Below the pieces are notes generated by a model that was not told the DNA's origin, did not search any database, and worked only from the letters and a program-made list of their open reading frames with translations. 28,175 nt of DNA from a virus (Duplodnaviria > Caudoviricetes): positions 1 through 28,175 of IMG/VR virus record IMGVR_UViG_3300017910_000554; one strand, given 5' to 3'. Numbering within the stretch: position 1 is the first letter of the stretch; each line of letters begins with the position of its first letter. Made by a program: the position numbers and the translations under genes. This document shows positions 8,834-18,075 of the stretch, in pieces.

Positions 8834-9396
8834 AATCTGCCCCATTTTATATCTTTCACAGTAAGGGCAGTAAATTCCATTCCTTTGTCGCCACTGAAAA
8901 ACCTTTGTTGGGAATTATCTGTAGTGGTTCTGCCATTTGTTTTAGAAAAATTACCCCAATGTGAAGTTGCGGTTAAATTTATTGTTGCCTTTTCGGAGTT
9001 ATCAGAAATTATATAATTATCAATAGTTCCATAAAACAACAAAAATGGGTCTGCTATTAAAGATAAATTTGCATCAAAAAATCCTCTATAAACAAAAACA
9101 TTATCATTTATAATATTTTCATTAAGGGCAACAGATATATAACTTTGCTCTACGCCAGATAAACTAACTATTAATGAATTTTTAGTAGGATTATTTGTTT
9201 CACTAACTGTTGTTATATTTCGTAAATGACCATTTGAGGAATATGTCCTTGAGGTTCCAGAAACATCAGATGTTATATCAAAACTTGCATTAGTAAGGTA
9301 TATTGGAGTTTCAAAACCTAATTCAATTAATAACACTGGGTCTATATTACCTGTGGCTAATTCTGTTTTTACTGCACTTGTTAGACCTCTAGCCAT
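8830..9396 (-). CDS. Tail hub / minor tail protein (gpL-equivalent position)
   Basis: Lies between Dit and J. C-terminal GRTT...QQRFFSGDKGMEF...IKWG motif typical of this family. Confidence 0.7.
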   Translation of the reverse strand: MARGLTSAVKTELATGNIDPVLLIELGFETPIYLTNASFDITSDVSGTSRTYSSNGHLRNITTVSETNNPTKNSLIVSLSGVEQSYISVALNENIINDNVFVYRGFFDANLSLIADPFLLFYGTIDNYIISDNSEKATINLTATSHWGNFSKTNGRTTTDNSQQRFFSGDKGMEFTALTVKDIKWGRL

Positions 9397-10005
9397 TTAC
9401 AAACTTTCTATAACATCAAACTCATAACTAAAAAGCAAATTTCCATCTTCATCATTTAGATTTGTTTGAAACTCTTGAACATCACTGGTTAAATGCACTT
9501 TAAAAGGCACTGAATCATAGGTTACTGAACTATTATTAGTCAATGCTGTTCTTAATGGAGGTTCAATCGTTACTGTTGCGGCATTACTAGATGAAGTTAC
9601 ATCTTCAACAACCATATAAACTTTATCATGTGCAAATTTTAATAAATCTCCTGCTTTTAATCTTCCAGCTCCGTCAGAAGCAAACCCGTCAATGGCTATC
9701 GTTGTATCGGAGGCAGAGTGAGCACCATTGACAAGTAATGTTCCTGTTTCATTACCTTGTGCATTTAAATAACTAGGGAAAGTGATCGTAAAATCTTCTT
9801 TCCTTGATCTTTGTTTAATTATAAATGCCATTATTGGTGCAAACTCTGACCGTTTCATCGGAGGAAATGAAACACTAAAACTAAATCTTTGTCCTTGTAT
9901 TTGTCGCCTAAAAGTTTTCCCGCTATCAGTTTCACTAAATAATGTTTTTTGATTACTTTTAAAATTAATCGCATTAAATCTAGTATTTGGTAATGTGCCA
10001 CTCAT
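9397..10005 (-). CDS. Distal tail protein (Dit)
   Basis: Immediately after the tape measure gene. LKAGD, IEPPLR and terminal E-x-L motifs. Confidence 0.7.
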   Translation of the reverse strand: MSGTLPNTRFNAINFKSNQKTLFSETDSGKTFRRQIQGQRFSFSVSFPPMKRSEFAPIMAFIIKQRSRKEDFTITFPSYLNAQGNETGTLLVNGAHSASDTTIAIDGFASDGAGRLKAGDLLKFAHDKVYMVVEDVTSSSNAATVTIEPPLRTALTNNSSVTYDSVPFKVHLTSDVQEFQTNLNDEDGNLLFSYEFDVIESL

Positions 10006-11984
10006 ACCACTGCCATTTTTCCTTTTTCATTTACTGCACTATTAATTAAATTAATAATTGTTCCTCTACTATTTACTAATAATTCATTAAAACCACGAGC
10101 ATCTACTGTATTGATATTGAAATTAACAGTTACTGCTTGTCCACTTGGGAGTTTATTATTGGGAACAACATTTGATGGTCTATCTGGAACAACCATTTCT
10201 GGACCTGCCTCACCGACCATATAGGGTTGTCCTTGATTCATGCGACCACCTAATCTACGACCCTCATATTTTGTTTGAGATATAGCGGCGATCTGAACCG
10301 CACCCATAGCACCAATTAAAATAGCCAACGGAATGTTCGGTAATGCTTTGGTTACACCTTGAGCGGTGTTCATTATCGCTTGAGCCATATTAAAGGCTTT
10401 ATTTAAAGCAAATGCTTTCCTGTTATTTTGTGCTATTCCCGACAAAATTTGTTTTCCACCCTCAATCATTATTTCTTTTTCTTGTTCTTTACTTAAATTT
10501 GCTAACTTTAAATTCTGAAACTGACCAGTTTTCATCGCCTCAAAATTATCTTTCATTAATTGTTTCTCAATTTCCAGTTGTTTATTTGCAGTATCTTGAG
10601 CTAATTTTAATTTTTTGTCTGCATGGATTCGTTGCAATTCAAGTTGGAATTCGTCATTTTCCATTATTGCTTTTATTTTTTCATCATTTGCTTTTTTAAT
10701 AATGTCAAATTCTTGTTGAGCAATATTTTTAACACCCTCTAGTCTTTGTTCATTTGTAAAAGCATTTAAATGAGCATTTACTGGAACTCCACCCATACTA
10801 GCATCTGAAAATATTAAAGCTTCTTTAATTTTTTGTTTTTCTTTTTCTATTTTTAACAATTCTTTTTCTTTTTCAAATGTTTTAAATACTTGTTCGCTTA
10901 ATTGGTGTTGTTGTCTTAATCTTTCATCACCTAATTTAAGCAAATCTGTTTCGGCTTGTATTTGGGAATTCTTTTCCTCTAACTGTTTTTTGAAAATTTC
11001 GAGTTGGTCTTGTGCATTTTTAGAGAGTGTTTTGCTAGACATTTCGGCTATTTTTTCTTCTAGGTCTGCTCTTTGTTTGAATAGTTTATTAATTTCTTTT
11101 GCAGTTGTTACTGTATCTTGAAAATTTCTAGGAATGATTCCAATCGTTGTTAAAAAATTTGTTGTGCTTTTTGTAGCTTCAGTCATGCTTTTAATGATAT
11201 CTGACAAAATTGGCAATAATGGTTGCATAACTTTTACTTGTAATTCTTCTAATGCTGAACTTAATGCCTTTGATTGATTGGCAAAACTTCCCGCAGTTCT
11301 AGTCGCATCACCTTGAGCATCAGCGACACCAGCAGTTATTAAATTTAATCTTGCTTGCACTTTTTCTTGGTTAGTTATTTCATGCGAACTTTTCTTTATC
11401 CCCATTCTTAACAATTCTTGTTTAAGAGTTGCTTCCGTAATAACTACACCAAATCTTCTTACTGTTTCGTGATTACCTACTAAAGCACTTTGAAAAGCCG
11501 CCATTGTTTCAGTATCACTAGCATTGTTAAAAGATGCTGTATCTACTGCTAATTTTGTTAATTCAACAGAAAGTTTTGCCGCTTCTTTTCTTGCAAAACC
11601 CATAGGAACAAATGTATCTTGAATTGATGAAGCCATGCTTTCTAATTCAAATGTTGACCTACCTACTGCATTGCCAAATGTTTCTAATTCTGCCCTGACA
11701 TCATTAACAAATTTTCCAAATACAACAGAACTTTTGGCTTGCATTTCCTCTACTGCACTTGTCATTTGCACCATTTGACCAGCAAATCTAACAGTTTGAA
11801 TAATTGCTAAACCACCTAAAACTGTTTTAATTGTGCTTCCCAAAGCCATAAAAGACCTTTGTTGTGTTTGCACTGATCTTTGAACATTATTAGTTAGGTT
11901 ATTGACACCTCTTGTGGCAGATTGCATTGCCCTTTGGGTTTTGTCCCTTGCAATAATGTCAATATTTACGTCTTTAGTTGCCAC
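10002..11984 (-). CDS. Tail tape measure protein
   Basis: 660 aa, helical. N-terminal IDIIARDKT and C-terminal GG...YMVGEAGPE motif. GTG start after the chaperone genes. Confidence 0.9.
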   Translation of the reverse strand: MATKDVNIDIIARDKTQRAMQSATRGVNNLTNNVQRSVQTQQRSFMALGSTIKTVLGGLAIIQTVRFAGQMVQMTSAVEEMQAKSSVVFGKFVNDVRAELETFGNAVGRSTFELESMASSIQDTFVPMGFARKEAAKLSVELTKLAVDTASFNNASDTETMAAFQSALVGNHETVRRFGVVITEATLKQELLRMGIKKSSHEITNQEKVQARLNLITAGVADAQGDATRTAGSFANQSKALSSALEELQVKVMQPLLPILSDIIKSMTEATKSTTNFLTTIGIIPRNFQDTVTTAKEINKLFKQRADLEEKIAEMSSKTLSKNAQDQLEIFKKQLEEKNSQIQAETDLLKLGDERLRQQHQLSEQVFKTFEKEKELLKIEKEKQKIKEALIFSDASMGGVPVNAHLNAFTNEQRLEGVKNIAQQEFDIIKKANDEKIKAIMENDEFQLELQRIHADKKLKLAQDTANKQLEIEKQLMKDNFEAMKTGQFQNLKLANLSKEQEKEIMIEGGKQILSGIAQNNRKAFALNKAFNMAQAIMNTAQGVTKALPNIPLAILIGAMGAVQIAAISQTKYEGRRLGGRMNQGQPYMVGEAGPEMVVPDRPSNVVPNNKLPSGQAVTVNFNINTVDARGFNELLVNSRGTIINLINSAVNEKGKMAVV

Positions 11985-12164
11985 TTATCTTCTCGCTTTT
12001 GCTAACCTGTTTTGTCTTTCTATTTCCTCAGATTGTAAACTAAAATAGGCTATCCACATATTAAACTCACTTACTGACATTTTTAAAATTTCGGCAACTG
12101 TTTTATGAAGTTTCTCGGCTAAACTAAAAATATTATATAATTCAATATTGTTTTTTAGTTTTTT
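11985..12164 (-). CDS. Tail assembly chaperone -1 frameshift extension (gpGT-like)
   Basis: The -1 frame after slippery A AAA AAC reads KLKNNIELYNIFSLAEKLHKTVAEILKMSVSEFNMWIAYFSLQSEEIERQNRLAKARR* and stops right at the tape measure start. Confidence 0.8.
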   Translation of the reverse strand, partial: KKLKNNIELYNIFSLAEKLHKTVAEILKMSVSEFNMWIAYFSLQSEEIERQNRLAKARR

Positions 12165-12505
12165 TTAGTGTCCTCTATATCTTCATTATCGGTTCCCATT
12201 ATTTTGGTGGCGACATCAGCAATAATATTTGTATCTGCTTTTGTTTTAAAACCTAAAGCATCTTGTGGAGTAAACATTTTTTCGCCACTCTGAGTTAATG
12301 CTTTTTCAACAATTACATCAATTAATACTGTTAAATTAGTATTAGTTGCACCTTTAAAAATCTTTTGTTTTTCTAACATATTAAAAGGTTTACAATGAAT
12401 GGCTTTTTCGCCAACCAATCCCCATTCTGGTACTTCGATAATTTTTACTTCTAAAGAATTAAAATGTTCTCTGATGCCGTCAAAATAATCAATTTTATCA
12501 GTCAT
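12155..12505 (-). CDS. Tail assembly chaperone (gpG-like)
   Basis: Between tail tube and tape measure genes. VPEW motif. Ends ...TKKN* on a slippery sequence. Confidence 0.85.
   Translation of the reverse strand: MTDKIDYFDGIREHFNSLEVKIIEVPEWGLVGEKAIHCKPFNMLEKQKIFKGATNTNLTVLIDVIVEKALTQSGEKMFTPQDALGFKTKADTNIIADVATKIMGTDNEDIEDTKKN
12158..12164 (-). other. Programmed -1 ribosomal frameshift site A AAA AAC
   Basis: X XXY YYZ heptamer in the correct frame immediately before the chaperone stop codon. Confidence 0.8.
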
Positions 12506-12517
12506 GTTTAATGCCTA

Positions 12518-12904
12518 TTAAACAGTGCCAGTCGTCAAAGCCCCATTACCCTGTAATGCTACTGTTCTTGTTGTCATGCCATCTAAAGTAACTGCAAATG
12601 ACATTCCTGTAACAATACCTGTGCCACTAAAACTTTCATCACCTGAATCATTACCCTCTGGCAAAAATACAAAAGATAAACTAGACCCTTGAGTTAATGA
12701 ACTTTGTTGTGTTGATTCTTCATCATAATTCATTTCTATTGAAGCGGTGAATGTCCCTCTACCTGCTTTATATGTTTTCATTGATGCACCTAATGCTGTA
12801 TCTTCAACAACATCGTGAGTAGTATCGACTGTGAAACCTGTAATATTTGCTATAGCAGTTCCACCTACTGTAACCACTCCCTCTTTTCCGTGATGTGTAG
12901 CCAT
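12518..12904 (-). CDS. Major tail tube protein
   Basis: 128 aa, G/T/S-rich beta protein ending LQGNGALTTGTV. Strong AAGGAGG RBS. Expected synteny. Confidence 0.85.
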   Translation of the reverse strand: MATHHGKEGVVTVGGTAIANITGFTVDTTHDVVEDTALGASMKTYKAGRGTFTASIEMNYDEESTQQSSLTQGSSLSFVFLPEGNDSGDESFSGTGIVTGMSFAVTLDGMTTRTVALQGNGALTTGTV

Positions 12905-13063
12905 TTAAGCCTCCTTTTTTTCGCTTTGTTTAACCACTTTTTCGTCTTTCTTTATAGCATTTTTTTCTTCAGTTTTAAAACCTAATTTTTTATAATGCTC
13001 TAAAAAATCTGGGGAAATTGATATTTTTTCATTTCCTTTTATCATAGTAATGTCTTTAGCCAT
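12905..13063 (-). CDS. Small hypothetical protein (52 aa, not in ORF track)
   Basis: MAKDITMIKGNEKISISPDFLEHYKKLGFKTEEKNAIKKDEKVVKQSEKKEA*. Fills the gap exactly, with TAATG coupling and GAGGGAG RBS. Confidence 0.75.
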   Translation of the reverse strand: MAKDITMIKGNEKISISPDFLEHYKKLGFKTEEKNAIKKDEKVVKQSEKKEA

Positions 13064-13506
13064 TATGCACTCCCTCTAGTAAATTCATATAAAACTCTTG
13101 CTGTTATTCTTACCCCTCCATATGGGTAAATGGTTCCCTCATCTGTGTTTGCCTCTATTATTTGAGTATCTAAAGCATTCCCATCTCTAGTTATATCATT
13201 ATCTAATGTTTCTTCAATAACTTCTATTAACTGATTTCTGATTGTATCAATATTGCTATCTGTGCCTTTATTAAAAGCAACAATAACAAAATCTATAGTT
13301 CCTCTATATGAACCACTTCCTGTAACACCTATGCTTGAAACCTCTCTTGTTTCATCTCCAGATTGAACAAACATAGCGGGAAATTGAGCATCTGACAATT
13401 CTTCTACTTCAAATGGTTCCCTAGTTACTTTTTTAAATTCTATAGGGCTTGTAACAGCATCTAATTTTGTAATAATATCGTTTGCTATATTTTCTCTTTT
13501 ACTCAT
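13063..13506 (-). CDS. Tail terminator / tail completion protein
   Basis: MSKRENI...FPAMFV pattern. Position upstream of the tail tube gene. Confidence 0.7.
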   Translation of the reverse strand: MSKRENIANDIITKLDAVTSPIEFKKVTREPFEVEELSDAQFPAMFVQSGDETREVSSIGVTGSGSYRGTIDFVIVAFNKGTDSNIDTIRNQLIEVIEETLDNDITRDGNALDTQIIEANTDEGTIYPYGGVRITARVLYEFTRGSA

Positions 13507-13973
13507 ATTTTCATTTTTCTAAAATAAAACTTTGCAAAATCATCTTTAATTTTTAATTCTTCTTTTTTTCCTATTGCAAAAAAGGGTCTTATTGTTTTTC
13601 TTTTTCCAACACCAAACGTATCATGTCTAGCTGCAATCCTTGCTCTTTCCATATTAGTAAATAATAGGGTATTTTTAAAACCATTTTGCCTAAAGTCTAA
13701 ACTTCTAAACATTTTCCCTGTGTCTGTTAAATCTACAAAACCTGTTTGTCTGCCTCTTTTTTTTCTCGCTTCAATCGTTTTTTTTGCATAAGGTCGCATT
13801 TTACCACCGTCAGGTAATCGCCCACTTTGAGTTCTTTTGGTTATCATTAAAATTGCAAAATTCGACACACGATTTAAACCCATTTTAACTACATTTTTTT
13901 GTTTAGCGGTTATACCTTTTATAAATTGATGAGCTTGAATCGTATTAATATTTATATTTATTTCGGCAACCAT
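13503..13973 (-). CDS. Neck / virion morphogenesis protein
   Basis: Basic protein with LTDTGKMFRSL and RPFF motifs typical of HK97 gp10 / Mu gpG-like proteins. Confidence 0.7.
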   Translation of the reverse strand: MVAEINININTIQAHQFIKGITAKQKNVVKMGLNRVSNFAILMITKRTQSGRLPDGGKMRPYAKKTIEARKKRGRQTGFVDLTDTGKMFRSLDFRQNGFKNTLLFTNMERARIAARHDTFGVGKRKTIRPFFAIGKKEELKIKDDFAKFYFRKMKI

Positions 13974-14449
13974 TAGCGAACTAATCTCAAATGATGTATT
14001 GGTTCTTTTTCGCTATCACTAACAGAACCACCTCCATCTTCATCATATTCAACACCATCTCTAAGTATGGCTTGGAATTCTTCCTCGTATCTATCTCTAT
14101 AAAAGTCAATTTGAACTTGAAACGCATCTTTACCCTCGCCTGTGTCTGGGTCTCGCCATTTAGTTAAAATCGGATAAACATATTTCCAAAGAGTTAAATA
14201 TACGACAGATTGTGTCCATTGTGCATTAGTTAATTTACTGTTGGTCATTTCAACAGATGTAACTTTAGTAATATCTTTGTATCGGACTTGGTGTCTATAT
14301 CTTTCCCACCATTCTTCTCTTATTCGCCTTAAAACATCATTTTCGGCAAATTGTAATTGATCGCCAAAATCTGTAATGCCAAAACCTAAAATATCAGGTT
14401 GTATTTTTTGCAAGTTTGCATTTGCTACACTAAATTCTGTGGTTGCCAT
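13973..14449 (-). CDS. Head-tail adaptor/connector
   Basis: Position after the capsid gene, helical, with C-terminal YDEDGGG..SDSEK...RLVR. Confidence 0.6.
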   Translation of the reverse strand: MATTEFSVANANLQKIQPDILGFGITDFGDQLQFAENDVLRRIREEWWERYRHQVRYKDITKVTSVEMTNSKLTNAQWTQSVVYLTLWKYVYPILTKWRDPDTGEGKDAFQVQIDFYRDRYEEEFQAILRDGVEYDEDGGGSVSDSEKEPIHHLRLVR

Positions 14450-14670
14450 TATTTATCTTTCTTTTTTGATTTACTTGGTTTTTCTTCTTGCCATTCTGAA
14501 CTTAAATCGGAAGCAACAATAGTTTGATCTTTAGGTTGTTCTGTTTTAGGTGCGGAGTTTGGTTTTGCTTCTTTAAAACCTCTTAAATCATACCTAACTT
14601 TATTTGCTTCGTAATCTGCTCTACTTCTTTCTATAATTTTACCATTTCTTTCAAGTTTAATAATACTCAT
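14449..14670 (-). CDS. Small hypothetical protein after the major capsid gene
   Basis: GAGGG RBS before ATG 14670 (alternative GTG at 14676). Low-complexity, Lys-rich C-terminus. Confidence 0.7.
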   Translation of the reverse strand: MSIIKLERNGKIIERSRADYEANKVRYDLRGFKEAKPNSAPKTEQPKDQTIVASDLSSEWQEEKPSKSKKKDK

Positions 14671-14680
14671 TTTCACCCTC

Positions 14681-14707
14681 TAATAAAAAGGGGAGTTTCC
14701 TCCCCTT
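14681..14707 (-). terminator. Rho-independent terminator after the major capsid gene
   Basis: AAGGGGAG-GAAA-CTCCCCTT perfect 8-bp stem with GNRA loop, followed by TTTATTA. Confidence 0.85.
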
Positions 14708-14712
14708 AAATG

Positions 14713-15555
14713 TTAATTAATAACAGATTCATTAAGCATTTCAATGCCATAACTATCATGTAGTTCGCCTACACCATATACAGCAGTTGCGACTATTTCA
14801 TCTGACCTTAAACTCGCATCTCTTTGAGTTTCAATTTTTAAATCTTGCATCATAGCAAGACCTAAAGCATCTTGTGAAAATATGCCACCTTTACAATTAT
14901 CAGTATCGGTTGTTCCGTCAACATTTGAAGATTCAAATATTTGTACTCCAGCAATAGTCCCAATAAAACCTGTTCTCATAGCTTCGTTTTGTAAATCGCC
15001 TGCATTCGGATTAACAAAAGTATTCGTCAATGATTTTTTTACATTATAAATAACTTTTGGATTAAACACCCCATAATAAGGCATTGGCACGTTTGCTTGT
15101 CTAAGAGTAGCAACTGCTTTGAATATATTATCAATAGTCAATTCAGTTCCACCACCGCCGATGCTTGTAGAAAACCCATCAAATAATGCAATTAAATCTT
15201 GATCCATTTTTGTTGCTATCGCTTCGCCAAATAATTTTCCAATATCTGCCGCCACATTTCTTGGTGCAGATTCCCTTGCTAAATCTGTAAGGGTTGTCAT
15301 TATTCCTTTTTCTGATGCTGTTATTGTTACAGAAGTAGGATTAATCGCAGTATTTGTTAAATCTGTTGCTTCATTAACATTTGCCGCTGATACAGTCGCA
15401 TAAATTGGAACCTCAACAGATTTACCGCCGCCTGCAATAGTGTAATTTTTGACAAGATTTCGCATTATAGATTGTTCGCTTGCCACAAACAATGCTTCTG
15501 CAACTATCTCGGTGTATAATTCCGATATGGTTGAACTGGTTGTTTCATTAGCCAT
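14713..15555 (-). CDS. Major capsid protein (HK97 fold)
   Basis: 280 aa with GKSVEVP, GFIGTIAGVQIFES and IETQRD...YGVGEL motifs. Follows the scaffold gene. AGGAG RBS and downstream terminator. Confidence 0.9.
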   Translation of the reverse strand: MANETTSSTISELYTEIVAEALFVASEQSIMRNLVKNYTIAGGGKSVEVPIYATVSAANVNEATDLTNTAINPTSVTITASEKGIMTTLTDLARESAPRNVAADIGKLFGEAIATKMDQDLIALFDGFSTSIGGGGTELTIDNIFKAVATLRQANVPMPYYGVFNPKVIYNVKKSLTNTFVNPNAGDLQNEAMRTGFIGTIAGVQIFESSNVDGTTDTDNCKGGIFSQDALGLAMMQDLKIETQRDASLRSDEIVATAVYGVGELHDSYGIEMLNESVIN

Positions 15556-15576
15556 TTTTTTCTCCTTTTAATAGAC

Positions 15577-16326
15577 TTAATTATTTTTTAAATTAATCAC
15601 AGTAGGTTTTGAATCTCTTTGTCTGCGGTATGCCGCATAAAGTTTTTTGTCCTCTGGATTATTAAAATTTAACTCCGCCAAATTAAGGTCTTTGTGGCGT
15701 CCTGACCTATCCACATTCGACACTGAGCCTGAACCACTTGGAGTAGCTGAAACAAAGTGTGGGTTAGTGTTCAAAAATTCTTTTACTAAATCATCTGTAT
15801 TAAAAAGTTCGCCTTTATCATTATATCGGGTTACTCCATTATTATCTGTAACTTCAACATTACCAGAATCATTTAATTTTATATTCTTTTCTAATAAACT
15901 AACAACTTGTTCTGGATTTATGGCTTTATGTTTTGATGCTGATTGTAAAATCGCTTTATTTATTTTAATATCTTTTAATTGATTTTCTAATTGTGTTTTT
16001 TCTTTATTCCATTCTTGGGTTTTGCTTTTTAATATTTCTTCAAACTCGCCCTTTTGAATTTTTTGTTTTTCCTGCATATCTTTTTTTTCTTTAACTGCCT
16101 GTATGGCTTCATCAATATCATCAACACCTAATTTGCTATACATAACACCCCTATCACGAGCAACTCTCTCTTGTAATTTTTCAGCAAATTCATCTTTAGT
16201 CATTGTGATCGTTTCAGGCTTTGTTTCCGTTGTTTTTACTTCAGATGTTTCATGTGAAACAATTTCTTCTACTTTGGGTTGAGTGTTTTTACTTTCTTTA
16301 TTTTCTTTTTCCATTTGTTTCTCCAT
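15577..16326 (-). CDS. Capsid scaffolding protein
   Basis: Charged coiled coil with NPHFV..PSGSGS near the C-terminus. Likely ATG at 16326 (GGAG RBS, TAATG overlap). Confidence 0.8.
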   Translation of the reverse strand: MEKQMEKENKESKNTQPKVEEIVSHETSEVKTTETKPETITMTKDEFAEKLQERVARDRGVMYSKLGVDDIDEAIQAVKEKKDMQEKQKIQKGEFEEILKSKTQEWNKEKTQLENQLKDIKINKAILQSASKHKAINPEQVVSLLEKNIKLNDSGNVEVTDNNGVTRYNDKGELFNTDDLVKEFLNTNPHFVSATPSGSGSVSNVDRSGRHKDLNLAELNFNNPEDKKLYAAYRRQRDSKPTVINLKNN

Positions 16327-17231
16327 TAAATACTCCATTCTGGGTTTGTGGGAATCCATGTATGGCGACATCTATAACCACCTCTAACGATAAATGGGTC
16401 GCCTGTAGATTTACCCTCCCACGATTGATTATTCCAAACATTCCTTATTTCTTTTTCTGTCAATGTTTTATTTACCATATTAATACAAAAAGGTCTACTA
16501 TCTCTTACTAATGTTCCTGTATATGTAAAATGTTTTAATCCACTATCTTTTGCTTTTTTAACTGTAAACTGTCCATGAAATTGCATAACTGAATCATGTG
16601 CTATTTGACTTGCATATCGTCTGAGATTATTTCCTGCCCTATCAGCCGCATATTGAACTCTTAATTTGTTTATCGCATCTTCTACTTGTTTTTTTTTAGC
16701 ATTATTGTATTTATTTGCATTAATAAAGTCCACCAAGTCATTGATTTCATTAATATTAGACCTTTGATAAACTCCATTTATATGCCCTCTTATATTTGAT
16801 ACCATATCATCAAAAGGTCGTCCAGCAATAATACTTTGATATACTTCATCATTTATAACTTTAGAAAATCTTTCCGCAATATCTTCAAATCCAGCAAAAG
16901 CCTGATATTTTAGAGATGTTATTGTTTGTAAATCAACATCAGTTAAATTTTTAAATTTATTTGGTATCGGCATTTTTCCAAAAGTATCTAATACCTCTTT
17001 TGCAATCTTGTTGTATTCTTCATTAATAATTAAATCAGCTTCATTTAAAAATGTAGATTCAATAACTGCTTTTAATTGAGGTTGTAATTGAATTGCTAAT
17101 CTTGTTTCGACTTCTAATGTTCCACCAGTTGCTTTTGTGATGGCTTTAATAACGTCATTTTCTAATTCGTATAAAACATTTATAATTCTTTGTTCGTGTT
17201 GATCAGCTAATTTATCTAATAGTCTTGACAT
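16326..17231 (-). CDS. Minor capsid / head morphogenesis protein (SPP1 gp7 / Mu F-like)
   Basis: RDSRPFC...GGYRCRH motif. Likely start at ATG 17231. Confidence 0.8.
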   Translation of the reverse strand: MSRLLDKLADQHEQRIINVLYELENDVIKAITKATGGTLEVETRLAIQLQPQLKAVIESTFLNEADLIINEEYNKIAKEVLDTFGKMPIPNKFKNLTDVDLQTITSLKYQAFAGFEDIAERFSKVINDEVYQSIIAGRPFDDMVSNIRGHINGVYQRSNINEINDLVDFINANKYNNAKKKQVEDAINKLRVQYAADRAGNNLRRYASQIAHDSVMQFHGQFTVKKAKDSGLKHFTYTGTLVRDSRPFCINMVNKTLTEKEIRNVWNNQSWEGKSTGDPFIVRGGYRCRHTWIPTNPEWSI

Positions 17232-17509
17232 TACAAGGGGAAGTCCTTTTTCCAAGCCTTAATTGACCAAAAGGCAGGGGATAATGATTTTTGACCTTTT
17301 ACTTGTTTAAGAACTCCACCCATTCTTGCTAAAAAAGATTTTTGTCTTGCTGGTATAGATTTTTTGATTCGCATGGTTGGGTCGCCAAATCTAACTTTTT
17401 TAATATTATTTGTTTTTTTGTCTTTTACATAGACAGCAAATTTTTTTCTTTCGTTAGGTGTGCGAAATGGTTTATTTAATTTAACAGATTTTCCTCTATA
17501 CTCAGCCAT
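17231..17509 (-). CDS. Small basic viral protein (DUF6321/DUF5754-like)
   Basis: KKFAVYV...VRFGDPTMRIKK...RQKSFLAR...SPAFWS..W, recalled from cyanophage and giant-virus proteins. Confidence 0.6.
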   Translation of the reverse strand: MAEYRGKSVKLNKPFRTPNERKKFAVYVKDKKTNNIKKVRFGDPTMRIKKSIPARQKSFLARMGGVLKQVKGQKSLSPAFWSIKAWKKDFPL

Positions 17510-17618
17510 ATCTTTCTTCACTTTCCATTACCAAACCCTTACAAACAGGGCATTTATAAACACCTTTTAATTCTGTTGGTTTCAACTGAACTTTGCATCT
17601 TTCACATAATTTAATCAT
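17502..17618 (-). CDS. Zinc-ribbon microprotein (38 aa, not in ORF track)
   Basis: MIKLCERCKVQLKPTELKGVYKCPVCKGLVMESEERYG*. CxxC-x14-CxxC. ATGA overlap upstream and fills the gap. Confidence 0.75.
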   Translation of the reverse strand: MIKLCERCKVQLKPTELKGVYKCPVCKGLVMESEERYG

Positions 17619-17884
17619 TTTTTCTTTTTTCTTTTACTAGCTCTTCTAATTATGTCTTTATCAAATGTTCCTGACCTCCCTCGACTTATAAGTTTGTTCA
17701 CTCTTGCCATAGCCCATTGATTCATACCAATGCCTCGTCTACTTCCACCAGATAAAAAAGCACCTTGACCTCGCATATATGAAGCTCGTAAATCAGCCAA
17801 ATTAAATAATTTTGATTTTTTTGCTTTTGCTTTTAGTGTTTTTAATGTTGATGCTGATAAAGGTTTTCTAAATTTACTTGCCAT
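17615..17884 (-). CDS. Small basic protein (DUF5824-like)
   Basis: Y-x-RG-x-GA...SR-x-G...QWAMARVN motif. Very K/R-rich. Confidence 0.6.
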   Translation of the reverse strand: MASKFRKPLSASTLKTLKAKAKKSKLFNLADLRASYMRGQGAFLSGGSRRGIGMNQWAMARVNKLISRGRSGTFDKDIIRRASKRKKKK

Positions 17885-18075
17885 TATGCTTTTGTCCTAC
17901 TCTTTAAAAGTGATAAAGGTATTCTTGCACCTGAACGATATAAAGAACTCACTTGTTTAATTAAATTTGCTCTTCTTCTTTTTTTAGCACCTTTTAAACC
18001 TGATAAATATTTTTTAGGTAATTTTGTTTCTTTATCTTTTGGTACTTTTCGGACTTTACGTTTCTTCTTCGCCAA
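17884..18075 (-). CDS. Highly basic small protein
   Basis: 24 of 63 residues are K/R. TTG start with GAGGGG RBS inside the portal 3' end. Confidence 0.7.
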   Translation of the reverse strand: MAKKKRKVRKVPKDKETKLPKKYLSGLKGAKKRRRANLIKQVSSLYRSGARIPLSLLKSRTKA

